From Octopus bimaculoides (lineage: Eukaryota): a DNA stretch of 64,000 nt. Position 1 is the stretch's first letter; each line of letters starts with the position of its first letter. This document shows, one piece after another, positions 51,434 through 64,000 of the stretch. The stretch is taken from contig NC_069000.1 of assembly GCF_001194135.2 (NCBI RefSeq), positions 39,294,561 to 39,358,560 of the forward strand, written 5' to 3'. Both the position numbers and the translations under genes were made by a program. The notes under the pieces were generated by a model. It had not been told where the DNA came from, made no database searches, and saw nothing but the letters and a program-made list of their open reading frames with translations.

Positions 51434-52298
51434 TACAGAGTGTTCATGATGAATTTGACGATTTTAATGCCTCCCTTTTTCGGAAACAACTTGATGTGTT
51501 GGGGAAGAGTCAACGGCGTTGCAGAGCATTGAGGTCAATATTGTGGTTGAGAAAAAGTTGGCTGATATTTAGCCATCTGAATATTGGTAAAGATTTTATG
51601 TGCATCACGATTATTGGCCCCGGGTATCAAAATGCAAACATCATGTATGATGCTCATAGCCCGATGCATGCTGTAAATGTTGTAAGCTATATAACTCGGC
51701 AAGCTGAAGCGGAGACTACAAAGCTGTGGCTAGCTGGAAATGATACAGCAGGGGTTCCGACTGTCCCCGTACACCAAAAGTCTTCCAAAAATAGTGCCAC
51801 AATGACTAAGACTCTATTTTTGTGGCGATGTGAAGTTGTTCGACATTGTGGTCAAACTGCAGCTGGAAGGCCATATGTGTGACAGAACGATTCAGCTTCG
51901 TGTCATAAGGAGGAAAAAGTCAGAAGTCGAAGAATCTCTGACATTACCATCCCAAATTTACGGTCTCCTAATTCCACCGATTGTATTCCCATGGATTACA
52001 ATGTACGGGGCGCAGTTGAAAAATATCAACTACTCTTTCTGAAATACTAAGTCAGAGCTGGTGACAAGGTCAAAGATGTCTTCGAAGATATGCCCAGGGA
52101 AACAGTGTGGAACGCATGTACCAGCTTCCGGAGCCGTTTTGAAGCTGCGGTCGAAGCTGGGAGTTGCTACTTTGAGGAGAGAGTTGTCTCCCAGTCAAAC
52201 TCTAGTTAATATTTTTTGGACTCTTCTATCTTTAGATGGGATGCCATGTTCTATTTACCTTTTATGCAATCTGTCAATTGTAGCGCGAGCACCCTGTT
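51434..52298 (+). mobile_element. Tc1/mariner-superfamily (maT/DD37D-like) element, internally deleted and decayed
   Basis: AAGRPYV*QNDSASCH..PNLRSPNSTDCIPMDYNVRGAVE..KDVFEDMPRETVWNACTSFRSRFEAAVEAG. Decayed TIRs TACAGAGTGTTC.. (51434) and ..GAGCACCCTGTT (52298). Confidence 0.85.
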
Positions 52299-52829
52299 CA
52301 TAGGTTTGTGTATATGTATTTGTACGTGTGTGAATGCATACACACACANNNNNNNNNNNNNNNNNNNNNNNNNNNNNNNNNNNNNNNNNNNNNNNNNNNN
52401 NNNNNNNNNNNNNNNNNNNNNNNNNNNNNNNNNNNNNNNNNNNNNNNNNNNNNNNNNNNNNNNNNNNNNNNNNNNNNNNNNNNNNNNNNNNNNNNNNNNN
52501 NNNNNNNNNNNNNNNNNNNNNNNNNNNNNNNNNNNNNNNNNNNNNNNNNNNNNNNNNNNNNNNNNNNNNNNNNNNNNNNNNNNNNNNNNNNNNNNNNNNN
52601 NNNNNNNNNNNNNNNNNNNNNNNNNNNNNNNNNNNNNNNNNNNNNNNNNNNNNNNNNNNNNNNNNNNNNNNNNNNNNNNNNNNNNNNNNNNNNNNNNNNN
52701 NNNNNNNNNNNNNNNNNNNNNNNNNNNNNNNNNNNNNNNNNNNNNNNNNNNNNNNNNNNNNNNNNNNNNNNNNNNNNNNNNNNNNNNNNNNNNNNNNNNN
52801 NNNNNNNNNNNNNNNNNNNNNNNNNNNNN

Positions 52830-52884
<55 letters not shown>

Positions 52885-53675
52885 GTGTGTATATATATTT
52901 GAAAGACCGTCACTAAATTAATAAGAGACGAAGGAACGGTAATTTTGTAATGATATTTGTTGGTTAATTGCTGTTTCTGGTAAGAGAAAGTAAAGTGAGA
53001 TGCATTTGACATTCTTGACAGTTTGGTGTCGTGTGAGAAGAGCTTTATCTTGGTGTTCAGTTCTTCAGCTTACAACTTTGTCTACGAACACTGAAGCACT
53101 CTGTGTGCGCGGGCCTGTGTCCTTGTATGCATCCATCTATCTATCTGTCAGTCTATCTGTCTGTCTGTCTGTCCATACATGCACGCATACACGTATAAAT
53201 AAATAATATATGTATATAGAGAGAAATGCGACTATTTGTATAGGCTGGAAAATTCGCCCAATACAAATGCATTTCCTCGAAACGCTCGTACGGTTTTGTA
53301 CGACTGATTTCCTTTGGATTGTAATACAGGAGCGCTTGAAACCTAATATCTCGATGAAATTTCTATGTATTTTGTATTCCCACGATAAAGGGACTTGACC
53401 TCAGAAAATCTGTCATCCACTTTGATTTATGTATGGAATTTGTAGTAAGGTAAATGGTAAGGTTTGACAGCTGCTCATTGTGCGACATTATTATATTTTG
53501 ATAATCGCTATTTGTTGTTAGAGAACTGACACATCTATTTCTTTATGCATATATGAATGTACGTACATATGTAAGTACGTATATATATATATTTCTCCCC
53601 CTGTGTATCTGTCTGTCTGACTATCTCTCTCTGTCCCTTTTTTATTTGTTGTTTACATACACACTTTTACCGTTT

Positions 53676-53715
<40 letters not shown>

Positions 53716-55098
53716 GTATGTATGTTTGTATGTATGTATGTATCTTCTTGTATAATTTGTATCCGTATCAAAAACTAATAAGAAACAGCCTTACGGGGAA
53801 AAGAACGTAAATCGATGTTTATATAATGCATATAACCATAATTATATGCTACTTGTACTTGTGGCCTATGCTCGTCGAATCTACTTAGATAAACCGAATA
53901 TAGAATACGTGCTCTTTTTCATGTTCGAATGCACACCCTATTTTTTCTACAAAAATCCTTGTAATTTGATACGATTTCTCCTTTAATGAGGCACGTTTTA
54001 ATAGGAGCTCTCTACCCAGACTCGACTCAGAGCATCTCATATTTACTCTGCCTCTACGTTTGTTAATTCCTTCAGAGCAGACTATAATAACCAAACACAT
54101 TTAGAAAACTGTATCTCCTCACAACTTATCAATTATAATGGTTATTAGAAATGGTGGACAGAACGGCAATAAGCCTCTTGCCAAATTGGGAAAAAATACG
54201 TTCTAGAAGTTTCTCGCATCTTTTTTAATGCTATAATTTCAGCTCAAGTCTGAGACCATATCAAATATCCCTGAAGACTATTTCAGCCTAGTGCTCGTTA
54301 TAAAAAGTATATTTTTCTCTCTTCGTTATAAAAACTCTCCTTTTCTCTCTCTTATTAACCTAAATCATAACTAACTGCCTCACATACACAGACTTAATTT
54401 GTGAAAGAAAATACCGCATAAATGTTAGTTTTGTCGTTCATGCAGATATCTAGTCATAAAAGTAATTATGTGTCAATAGCGGCGTGTACGCATATACTTA
54501 CATAAAGTGAAAACGAACTTAATTTTCATCATATTGCTATTTCAATGTATCATCTTTAAATTCCCAAACTCGTTTGATCTAGTAATTGATTATTAGCGTT
54601 TTCACAAAACTAGAGATAAATTTTCAATCCTTTTCATGTCTGTAAGCTTCATTGCTACAATCAATGCAACCTTCTGACCTGTCACATTCCTCATTATCAT
54701 CAATTATATATCAGTATATGCCAAAACGCTAAACTTGCGGACATTGAATCTGCTATCATTATTCTCACAATGATTCTGCAGTGATATGTTGCGGCATGGG
54801 AGATTTGACGCAAGTATGATTTCATTTATTTTCATAATAAGGACTTCTAGCTCATTTATTAGGAATCAATGACAATAAACATATTTTCCGGCGAATGTCA
54901 TTCCTTATCACAATGATTCAATCTTTACGAACATGGTTTCCGGACGCTGCTCCGGCGTGTCCGTTTTGAAAAGTCTGGAAGGTCATAATTCATAATTCTT
55001 AACTGGAAATCTGTTGTACAATATGCATTGTAACATCTAGTATTATCTTTTCAGCTAATCTACCATTTAATTGTTCAGAGAAAATCTCTTTAACAGGA

Positions 55099-55750
55099 AT
55101 GAACGAATTGTGGCATCGACGTGTTTTCAAGTAGCTACAGAAAAAGGCTTAGTGCCCCCCTCTCCCCGGAATTCATGCTGATATGGTTGCTATAATATGG
55201 GTTTGATGCTCGAGCTTTATCAATCGGTCAAAAGTTGGCACCTGAATTTAGGAAGTGTGGGGAGAGTCTTGATAATGAACCAAGATCCGGACAGCTTGCA
55301 ACCTCAGAGGAAAATGTGTTCCCCACCAGTTCATGGATGACAGGAGATTGACTATAAATCAAATACGCAATGATATTAGCATATCCCGTGAGAGGTGTGA
55401 GAATATTCTGCAGTATAAACTTGATATAACGAATGTTTCTATTCGGTGGGTGACACCTCTTCTGACACTTGATAAAGGGCGCACCAGGCTGATCACATCA
55501 GGGGGAAATCTGACGTTGCTTTAGACAGATTCAGCTGAATGTTTTGAACGATTCCTAAGCCAGTATGAATGTTGTGTTCATCACTTTGAGGCAATCCATG
55601 CAGAGGAAACACTCCTCATCACGTTCTCCAATGGAAGTAAGGTTCGTTTCATCTACAGAGAAATTGATGACCTATGTTTTTCGGGAAGCAAAAAGCATTT
55701 TGCTTATTGTCTACATCATAAATGGAGCGTCTTATGTCAACTTGTCAATA
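55099..55750 (+). mobile_element. Mariner transposase remnant, N-terminal HTH to catalytic start
   Basis: MNELWHRRVFK..IHADM..ESLDNEPRSG..MDDRRLTINQI..RWVTPLLTLD (WVPxxL motif)..KLMTYVF..INGASY. Confidence 0.85.
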
Positions 55751-57854
55751 GAGCATACAATGTCACGGAATTTTATCTAATTTCGGGTTTTTTTTTTAGT
55801 AATCATTCACCGAAACTTGCAGATATGCTTTTCTGTTACCAATGTTCATGATTTCAGAGTCCATGTGATGTTAACTTGTTCAAACAAATTCAATTCTAAA
55901 TTACTTTTGACTAGAAAATATTAACCTCAAATATTTTTGAGAAAATATTAACTTAAATATATTGTAAAATTCAGAATGCATTTTATATTTTTAGCCTGAG
56001 CGAATAAGTAGTGAAATTATTTTAAATCATATTGCATCACTGTGCCTATATTTACTCCATTGATATAGTTTCTATGTAACCTGTAGTGTGAACCTTTTTT
56101 TTTTATTCTCGATCATCAAATGGGAATAGCTTTGAAAACAGAAAAGAGATCGTTAAAAAGATCTCCCGAGCGAAGCTTATGAGATATCTGCTCACGTGAC
56201 GTTAACAAGTCGTTCAGCGTTTATGGTTTCAGAAATTTCACTGTAAATCATTTTGAAGTGGGTCGACTGTATTGTCTTACACAAAGTCTAACAACCTGTT
56301 GATTTTCACGATTAGCTCAAATAACCAGCAAAATGTTATGTCAAACCTTCAAAGACAGCTGAACTGCTAAGTCTGCACGCCGTAAGAACGTCATCTTAAA
56401 TGTTCGCATGTAAACTTGAGTGTTTGAAGATTAGGATTCGGTTGTTAAAATAGGACATAAATATATAATTCAGCAAACCTATGTTATTAATTCTCTGAGC
56501 AGCTTAAGTGCTAAGCCAGTCGTGTATTATATTGCTATATACAGTATTTATACTTACTCTTTATTTGAATTCTCCACTTTGGTACTTGTTACTTCTAATG
56601 TTGTAAAAGCTATTCTTAAATTACGAGCAGTAATCTACGATCACCAGTAATGTCACCTCTACAATAATTAAAATACTTACACTCTGGTGGTTATCACAAC
56701 GCAAAATGAATTGACGACTTTTAAGCTACTTAACATCGCCTCCTCTAACGGCATTTAGAATTACATTTCGAAGATTTAACATTCAATTACCTGTGACTTT
56801 CCTCCTTCGAATTTCAATTCAATTTTTGTCTTGTTTTTAAAGCAACCGCTTCTTTCCGCATACTTTATTTTTCTCTCTGAATCACGTTTGCAAACATTTC
56901 AAGGTTGACACTTGTATCACCTAAACGTTTGGCAATATTTGGTTTTCTGCAGCAAGTAATGCCCTACATTTTATTTCAAGAGCAAGCAAAGACACTTGAA
57001 ATCACAAATACCAGGAATTTAGTTAGAACAGCCGAAGTATCGAGTGCGGTTTCAAAATGAAATGCTTCTGCTTCATTAGTTTCCTGAATTCTGTGGGGAT
57101 AGAAAGTCTTGGTTTAATTTGGATCATGTGTCATCTAACCATCTAAAACCATTGACTTTGGTCTCGAAACCTACAGTTTGGATACACGTTTATCTCTCAC
57201 TTGTTGTGACAGGCACACTGTATTTTCACAAACGATTATCAGCAGACGCATTTCACTGTTTTTATCAGTTTCCTCAAATTAAATCAGAGAATTCCCAAGC
57301 GACGATGGATGCTTTATAATCTAATTTTTAAAAAAAGTAAAATAAACAGATGTAAATCTATTTAGATTAAAATGTCAGACGTAATGTCTTCCATTACTTT
57401 CTGTGTTTAAATACATCAAAGCTAACTGTTCATTTAATGGAACTAAAACCCCATGCTACAATGCATACACAAACGTGCGCATGCACGCAAACACCCACAC
57501 GCATATGCACGCAGACACACATGCAAACACAAACCCACACACACAGGCACAAACGCATACACACACTCACACACACTCACTCACTCAAACACAGACAAGT
57601 CAAATTTCGTTCTGAATTCTCTCATTTATGGCTCTTTTTTTCCCTTTCTCTGCGTCTTATGTTTATTCCTGCGATTATTCTGCGACATGGCAGGATTATT
57701 ATAACTTTAGACAAAATGCTCAGTGGCGTTTAGGGTTAGGGTTTTTCATCGTTTCGATTAAATAAGCAAACTTTGTGCCTAAAATAGAAAGGAATATGTT
57801 ATTATTATCATTATTATTATTATTGTTGTTGTTGTTGTTGTTATCATCATATGG

Positions 57855-58072
57855 TAAAGAGCTAGCAGAATGGTTAGCACGCCGGACGAAATGCTTAGTG
57901 GTATTTCTTCTGCCACTACTTCTTGAGTTCAAATTCCGTCGAGGTCAACTTTGCCCTTCACCAGATATTCTCAACTGGTTATGGTCAAACAACTGACTAG
58001 CCAACATGTGGTACTGAACAGGATATTTACTGTAGCCCATCTTTTATACCAAGACAAAGCAATGTCCATGAT
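57855..58072 (+). mobile_element. SINE family A 5' half joined to a fragment of the 32.1-32.7 kb repeat family
   Basis: GAGCTAGCAGAATGGTTAGCACGCC..GAGTTCAAATTCCGTCGAGGTCAAC, then the 57962-58072 match. Confidence 0.75.
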
Positions 58073-58932
58073 GAGGAGATAAAAGCTATAACACCGTTTA
58101 AATACTGTGTTTTTTAAAAAAAATCGCTATTCGATGGGAAAAACCAGAAGTAAAATATTCGTATAAAGAAATATAAAATGAGATAAACATTTTGAAGAAT
58201 TGCTTTGATCTAACAATAAAGCATTAGTCAATTACTGCAGAAGAATTAGGTTTGAGTCGTACAGAGAGCGTAGTTCAAAGATATTACGACAGGCCATACA
58301 TGCAGTTATTTATAGATATATCTACTTCGCGTTCCATCGTTAAATGAAGAACATTGTTTAATATTTGCAATAGTTTATATAGAACGCAATGTATTCTTGG
58401 CCCTATTTATATCTGTATTATTTTTTAAATGTTTCAATTACTGTTAATTCGTTTCATTCAATACCTAAATAGTGATAATTATTCGGTAAAGAATAACCAA
58501 AACTATGCGGCAAATATTTTTCTCGGTGTAAGAAGCATATGTTAAGCTTTCATTATCTTCATCACCACACAAGTTTGGTGATGAAACAATCTGTATGATT
58601 CAAATTGTAAGTTATTAGAAATTTTATGATTCTGCAGCTGAATAAGTGAAAGCTTAATTGAAAATTTAAAGGTTATTAATTATCAATTCTCATCAGCATT
58701 GATTTGTAAATTAGAATTTATAATCGTATTAAAGGAAATAAATAAAGTTATTGTTGAAACGACTATGTGCTTTTAGTGAAAAGAATTTGACTATAAACAA
58801 ATAAAGGAATATTCTATGTTTATGAAACAAAAGAGAAATAACTAATCGAATTTGATTCAACTTTAATGGTTTGAATATGTCTACGATAGAAACTAGTTTC
58901 ACCTGCGATTTTTCAATATATATATATATATA

Positions 58933-59140
58933 TGGGAGAATGTACGAAAAAACAACAATAGACAAGGACAGGTGGTGTAAACAACAAAAGGATGTATTAG
59001 TATGACGCTCGGGAATACGGAAATTCTTTAACGTTTCGAGCTACGCTTTTCAACAGAAAGAATACGGAGACAAGGAGAAAAACAGAGAAAAAAAAATTTG
59101 GTGAAAAAAAATTGAATAGTGTTCGGTCAACGGTCAATCA
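58933..59140 (-). mobile_element. Penelope-like terminal-repeat fragment embedded in a (TA)n tract
   Basis: (TA)n on both sides (58917-58932, ~59141-59165); contains the hammerhead-like motif at 59024-59062. Confidence 0.65.
59024..59062 (-). ncRNA. Hammerhead-like motif with variant core CUGUUGA
   Basis: TTCTTT-CTGTTGA-AA-AGC-GTA-GCT-C-GAAA-CGT-T-AAAGAA: perfect 6-bp stem I, ACGT stem III. Confidence 0.5.
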
Positions 59141-59543
59141 TATATATATATATATATATATATATACTACATTGTCTTTATGAAAATTCAGTTATGTGAA
59201 AATCAGGAGTAGATGTATTAGTTTAACTTCATGAGATGGAAACTAAGCCTGGGGATGTTCTCGAATAAACAAATGGAAGAAGCCAAAAGTAATGTAATTC
59301 TTCACTAAAAACTTGACCTCTATAAAGTTTGAACAACAACGATAAATTCCATGAAGTGCGCTACATTTAAATGAGTTTCTTCAGAAACAACTAACCAGAA
59401 GCAATTTGGAATGTTCTTTGCAGACCATAAGCGTACTAGTAAACGAAATACTCCAAAATATAATGGACTTCTCCTGAATTCTAATTTGTCAGAACGCTAC
59501 AACGCACATTTTGTTTCATATTTTAAATACCAATTCCATCTTT

Positions 59544-59929
59544 GGAAGCGCAATGGTACAGTGATTAGGGCTGCAGACTCGCGGTCATAGGATCGCGGTT
59601 TCGATTACTAGACCGGGCGTTGTGAGTGTTTATTGAGCGAAAACACCTAAAGCTCCACGAGGCTCCGGCAGAGGGTGGTGGCGAACCCTGCTGTACTCTT
59701 TCACCACAATTTTCTTTCACTCTTACTTCCTGTTTCTGTTGTGCCTGTAATTCAAAGGGTCAGCCTTGTCACTCTGTGTCACGCTGAATATACCCGAGAA
59801 CTACGTTAAGGGTACACGTGTCTGTGGAGTGCTCAGCCACTTGCACGTTAATTTCACTAGCAGGCTGATCCGTTGATCGGATCAACTGGAACCCTCGACG
59901 TCGTAAGCGACGGAGTGCCAACAGCAAAC
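59544..59929 (+). mobile_element. SINE family C (tRNA-Arg-like head), near-intact full length
   Basis: GGAAGCGCAATGGTACAGTGATTAGGGCTGCAGACTCGCGGTCATAGGATCGCGGTTTCGATTAC head; tail ..GACGGAGTGCCAACAGCAAAC. Confidence 0.85.
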
Positions 59930-61850
59930 GAACTCCATCTGAAACGTTTTTCAGCTCCCACTTTCCTGTCTTGTGCCTTACCAGATTCAGTTAATGAAGT
60001 TCATTATTACATCCGCATTTACCTGCTAGTCGAGTACTTAACTGCAAAATCTGTTAAGGACAAAAGCAATAGTGGTCGGCACAAACCTCACACACTATAA
60101 ACCGAAATCAAAAAGCATAATTTATAAACTGTTACAAGTTATATAAAAACAATGCGACACACGAGCCGAACCGGAGAAATGCCAACAAAGCAACTTTACT
60201 TGAATTTAATGAAGGCAGTCAAAAATTAGTGCATCAAATATATTTCTATCAGTTTGTGTTTAAAAGAGTCTGATAACATTCATATTTAATAGTTTTTTAA
60301 ATAGAATTTTACGTTTTTGTTGATTTACTTTTCAAATGCAAACAATCAATTTTAAAAGTATTTAATAAAAAATAAGTATTTTTTTCAGCTAATAAATTTC
60401 CATATGATGAATATTTAATGTCCAATTCGATTAATATATAATGGAAAGATATACTTGATTGATTTTTCTCAATTCAGTGTCTTGTAATTGGTACTACCCA
60501 TTCACATTTATTATTCTAATTGTAAATTATTGTTGATTAATTTTTACCACTTTTGACGAGTAACATTATAAAACAATTCTTGGTCAAACAATTTTAAAAG
60601 ATAAATATTAGTTTGAAATCATGAGTGAAGTGTACTATATATTTAGCTTAAATTGACATATTCATGCTTAACTGAAAAGTAATTTTATTTTCAAGTTCAT
60701 TATGAAATTCGGATGATAAGTTTCATAATTTTTACTTAAAGTCGCACCGAAATAGCAGTCACAATTTACGCCTCAAAAAATCGTCTTTGTATTTTTGTGT
60801 GTTTTCTTTTCTTTTGCACCTAAATTTCTCTTTCTGCACAACATGTATAAAACCTATACGTTTTCAATATTAACAAGTCGGAAATACGTTAGCTTGCTCA
60901 ATGCTATCCGTAAAAAAACTCTTATAGCATACACCCATCTATCTATACGGAACATAAATCAAAGTTGAATCGAATAGAAACCAATCACAATTCAAAATGT
61001 ATCGAGGACAATTCAGGAATTTGAGATACTTTCAGGATTTTTTAGTATTAGAGTCCTCGCATTCAGAACACTTCAGGAAGACACTTTCTAAAATAACCTA
61101 TTGGAATTTATTCCTTATGGGCATTAAAATTTACTTATTATCTCCCTACAATTTTTCTAGAGAACAAATTTTGACGAGATTTATAAGATTCCCATCATTT
61201 AGATTATTCATAAAAAGTAAATTATAAAAATTCTATCTAAATTCATATATAAGATAATTTTAAATTCATACGTAAGATAATTGAAAATGAATAAAACATT
61301 TCTTTCCGTTTTGGCCACATTTTTCCTTAGTATTTTTTTTTACTACATCGTGTTTTACTAGATATACAAATATAAGATTACTCTTAAGTTTTTTGTTTTT
61401 TTGTTTTTTACGAATGTAATTATAAATAAAATGATAGAGATTGCAAATTTGAAAAAAAAAACCCATCTATAGTGATTTGTATTCACATTGAGACAATACT
61501 CTCCTAGCTTTGAATATATATTGAATTGTGACTTTGTAATTCAACCAAGTTTCTAATAAGATACCTGAAACTGTAGCTGAACAGATATAGAGAAACTTGA
61601 ATGCAATTCATTTAGTCAAAATCTGTATGCCATAGAGGTCATAGAAATGGTAAAAACAAACTGAATATGGATGTTATGGAGAGAAATAAGAGTTGACAAA
61701 GTTTTAAAATCCATTTGAAAATACTCTCAGAGAAAATTACTATAGCTTGGCACTTGTCTCATTAGTGTGTTTCTGTTTAAAGTTTTCCATGATAAATTCT
61801 GTATTCATAGCTGTATATAAAATAGTATAAATTTATAAATACATAAAACG

Positions 61851-62135
61851 CACGTAGCTTATTGATTAGGGTAATCGGCTTACATTCATAAGGTCGCGAG
61901 TTCGATTCCTGGTGATGCAGTGTATTATTGAGCAAAAGATTTTATTTCACATTGCTCCAGTCCAGTCAATTGTCCAAGTTGAGTAGTACCTGTACTTCAA
62001 ACAACCAGTCTTGCCACGTCCTGTGTCATTCTGAATCTCCCAAAGAATTGCATGAAGGGATATGCGTGTCTGTAGAGTTCTCAGCAACTTGCACGTTAAT
62101 TTTCCGAGCAGGTTGCACCGTTGATAGTAACATCT
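61851..62135 (+). mobile_element. SINE family D (different tRNA head and body; 3' region shared with family C)
   Basis: Head GTAGCTTATTGATTAGGG..GCGAGTTCGATTCCTGG; tail GTGTCTGTAGAGTTCTCAGCAACTTGCACGTTAATTTTCCGAGCAGG. Confidence 0.75.
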
Positions 62136-63156
62136 TGCTCAAGAAATTACTGTCGGAATCGAGGGAATGCCGGTTTTCTAAATAAGTACAAAACGTTTAC
62201 GCACTGATATATAGGCATGTTTTTTGCCTTGTACTTGGTTATTTATGAGGACACACATACATATATGTATGTGTGAGTGTGCGATAGAGAGCATGTCTTG
62301 ATATGCATTATGTAACTATATACCTGTACGAATTTGTATATGTTTGCTGTTTATCTATCCATCTATATATATATATATATATNNNNNNNNNNNNNNNNNN
62401 NNNNNNNNNNNNNNNNNNNNNNNNNNNNNNNNNNNNNNNNNNNNNNNNNNNNNNNNNNNNNNNNNNNNNNNNNNNNNNNNNNNNNNNNNNNNNNNNNNNN
62501 NNNNNNNNNNNNNNNNNNNNNNNNNNNNNNNNNNNNNNNNNNNNNNNNNNNNNNNNNNNNNNNNNNNNNNNNNNNNNNNNNNNNNNNNNNNNNNNNNNNN
62601 NNNNNNNNNNNNNNNNNNNNNNNNNNNNNNNNNNNNNNNNNNNNNNNNNNNNNNNNNNNNNNNNNNNNNNNNNNNNNNNNNNNNNNNNNNNNNNNNNNNN
62701 NNNNNNNNNNNNNNNNNNNNNNNNNNNNNNNNNNNNNNNNNNNNNNNNNNNNNNNNNNNNNNNNNNNNNNNNNNNNNNNNNNNNNNNNNNNNNNNNNNNN
62801 NNNNNNNNNNNNNNNNNNNNNNNNNNNNNNNNNNNNNNNNNNNNNNNNNNNNNNNNNNNNNNNNNNNNNNNNNNNNNNNNNNNNNNNNNNNNNNNNNNNN
62901 NNNNNNNNNNNNNNNNNNNNNNNNNNNNNNNNNNNNNNNNNNNNNNNNNNNNNNNNNNNNNNNNNNNNNNNNNNNNNNNNNNNNNNNNNNNNNNNNNNNN
63001 NNNNNNNNNNNNNNNNNNNNNNNNNNNNNNNNNNNNNNNNNNNNNNNNNNNNNNNNNNNNNNNNNNNNNNNNNNNNNNNNNNNNNNNNNNNNNNNNNNNN
63101 NNNNNNNNNNNNNNNNNNNNNNNNNNNNNNNNNNNNNNNNNNNNNNNNNNNNNNNN

Positions 63157-63187
<31 letters not shown>

Positions 63188-64000
63188 GCAGTCAAATGAC
63201 TAAAGTAAGTAATAGACTAATGACAGAATACGTACGTTACCTTTAGTGTTTATACATATAGACGAATACCAGCACCCGCTTGAACACCTAATATTGTATG
63301 CCAAGGATTGGTATCATATATTTGCACATACATATGCACACCCACGCGCGCGCACACACACGCACAAAACACATACATATACATGTATATAATGTATACC
63401 AGTATATCTATATATGCATGTGTGTATGTATAAATATATATGTATAAATATATTATATAAATCTCACTATACATTTGTATTAAACATTTTAGGATATATT
63501 TTGTAGGCCATAATATTTGTACTGGTATGGGCAATTCTTTTCAAGCTATAAATCACGTGTTATGCTATATTTGTGGTTAAATTAATAAAAAGCTAAAATT
63601 ACCGACAATAAAGATTCTATATTCAATATATGAGGAAATTGAATTATAGCGAAGTTGGATAGAATGCTGAAAGGAAAGAAGGCATAAACAAAAGCAAACA
63701 ATTGTATTCTGTGTGGTATTCAACATCCATTAATATACATGGGTGTAAAATTATATAGGAAAATACTATTATGAGGAAATTTGACTGAAATTGATTTTGC
63801 CGAAAAATTTTAATATCGGAGGTCAAAAATCTAAATAGTCTTAACCTGGGCTTTTTAAATAGAGACACACCTAAAAGGTATTGTTATTAAAAGACATCAA
63901 TTTTAGCGCTAAGGAAACAGTAACGTATTCGCTGTAGTTATTAACAACTCTTATGAATATGTGTATGTATGTATATATATATAATATATATATATATATA

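Overview
AT-rich, repeat-dense eukaryotic draft-assembly window with many N gaps, most flanked by microsatellites. The SINE, LINE and microsatellite content resembles an octopus (coleoid cephalopod) genome; this is recalled resemblance, not a database result. No protein-coding gene could be confidently identified, and most listed ORFs are artefacts of N runs or simple repeats. Supported content: decayed DNA transposons (two mariner, one Tc1/maT-like, one piggyBac, one hAT-type MITE), RLE-type LINE 3' fragments, at least four tRNA-derived SINE families, a tRNA-Thr(CGT)-like pseudogene, a candidate TATA/Inr/ETS promoter, and a few low-confidence exons. The main observation is a set of minimal type I hammerhead-ribozyme motifs (CUGANGA..GAAA core, short palindromic stem III) in several unrelated repeat families at 13.3, 29.8, 44.9, 47.4, 49.9 and 59.0 kb. 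The 47.4 kb site is a perfect 182-bp palindrome carrying two mirror-image copies, as expected for Penelope-like or retrozyme-like elements.
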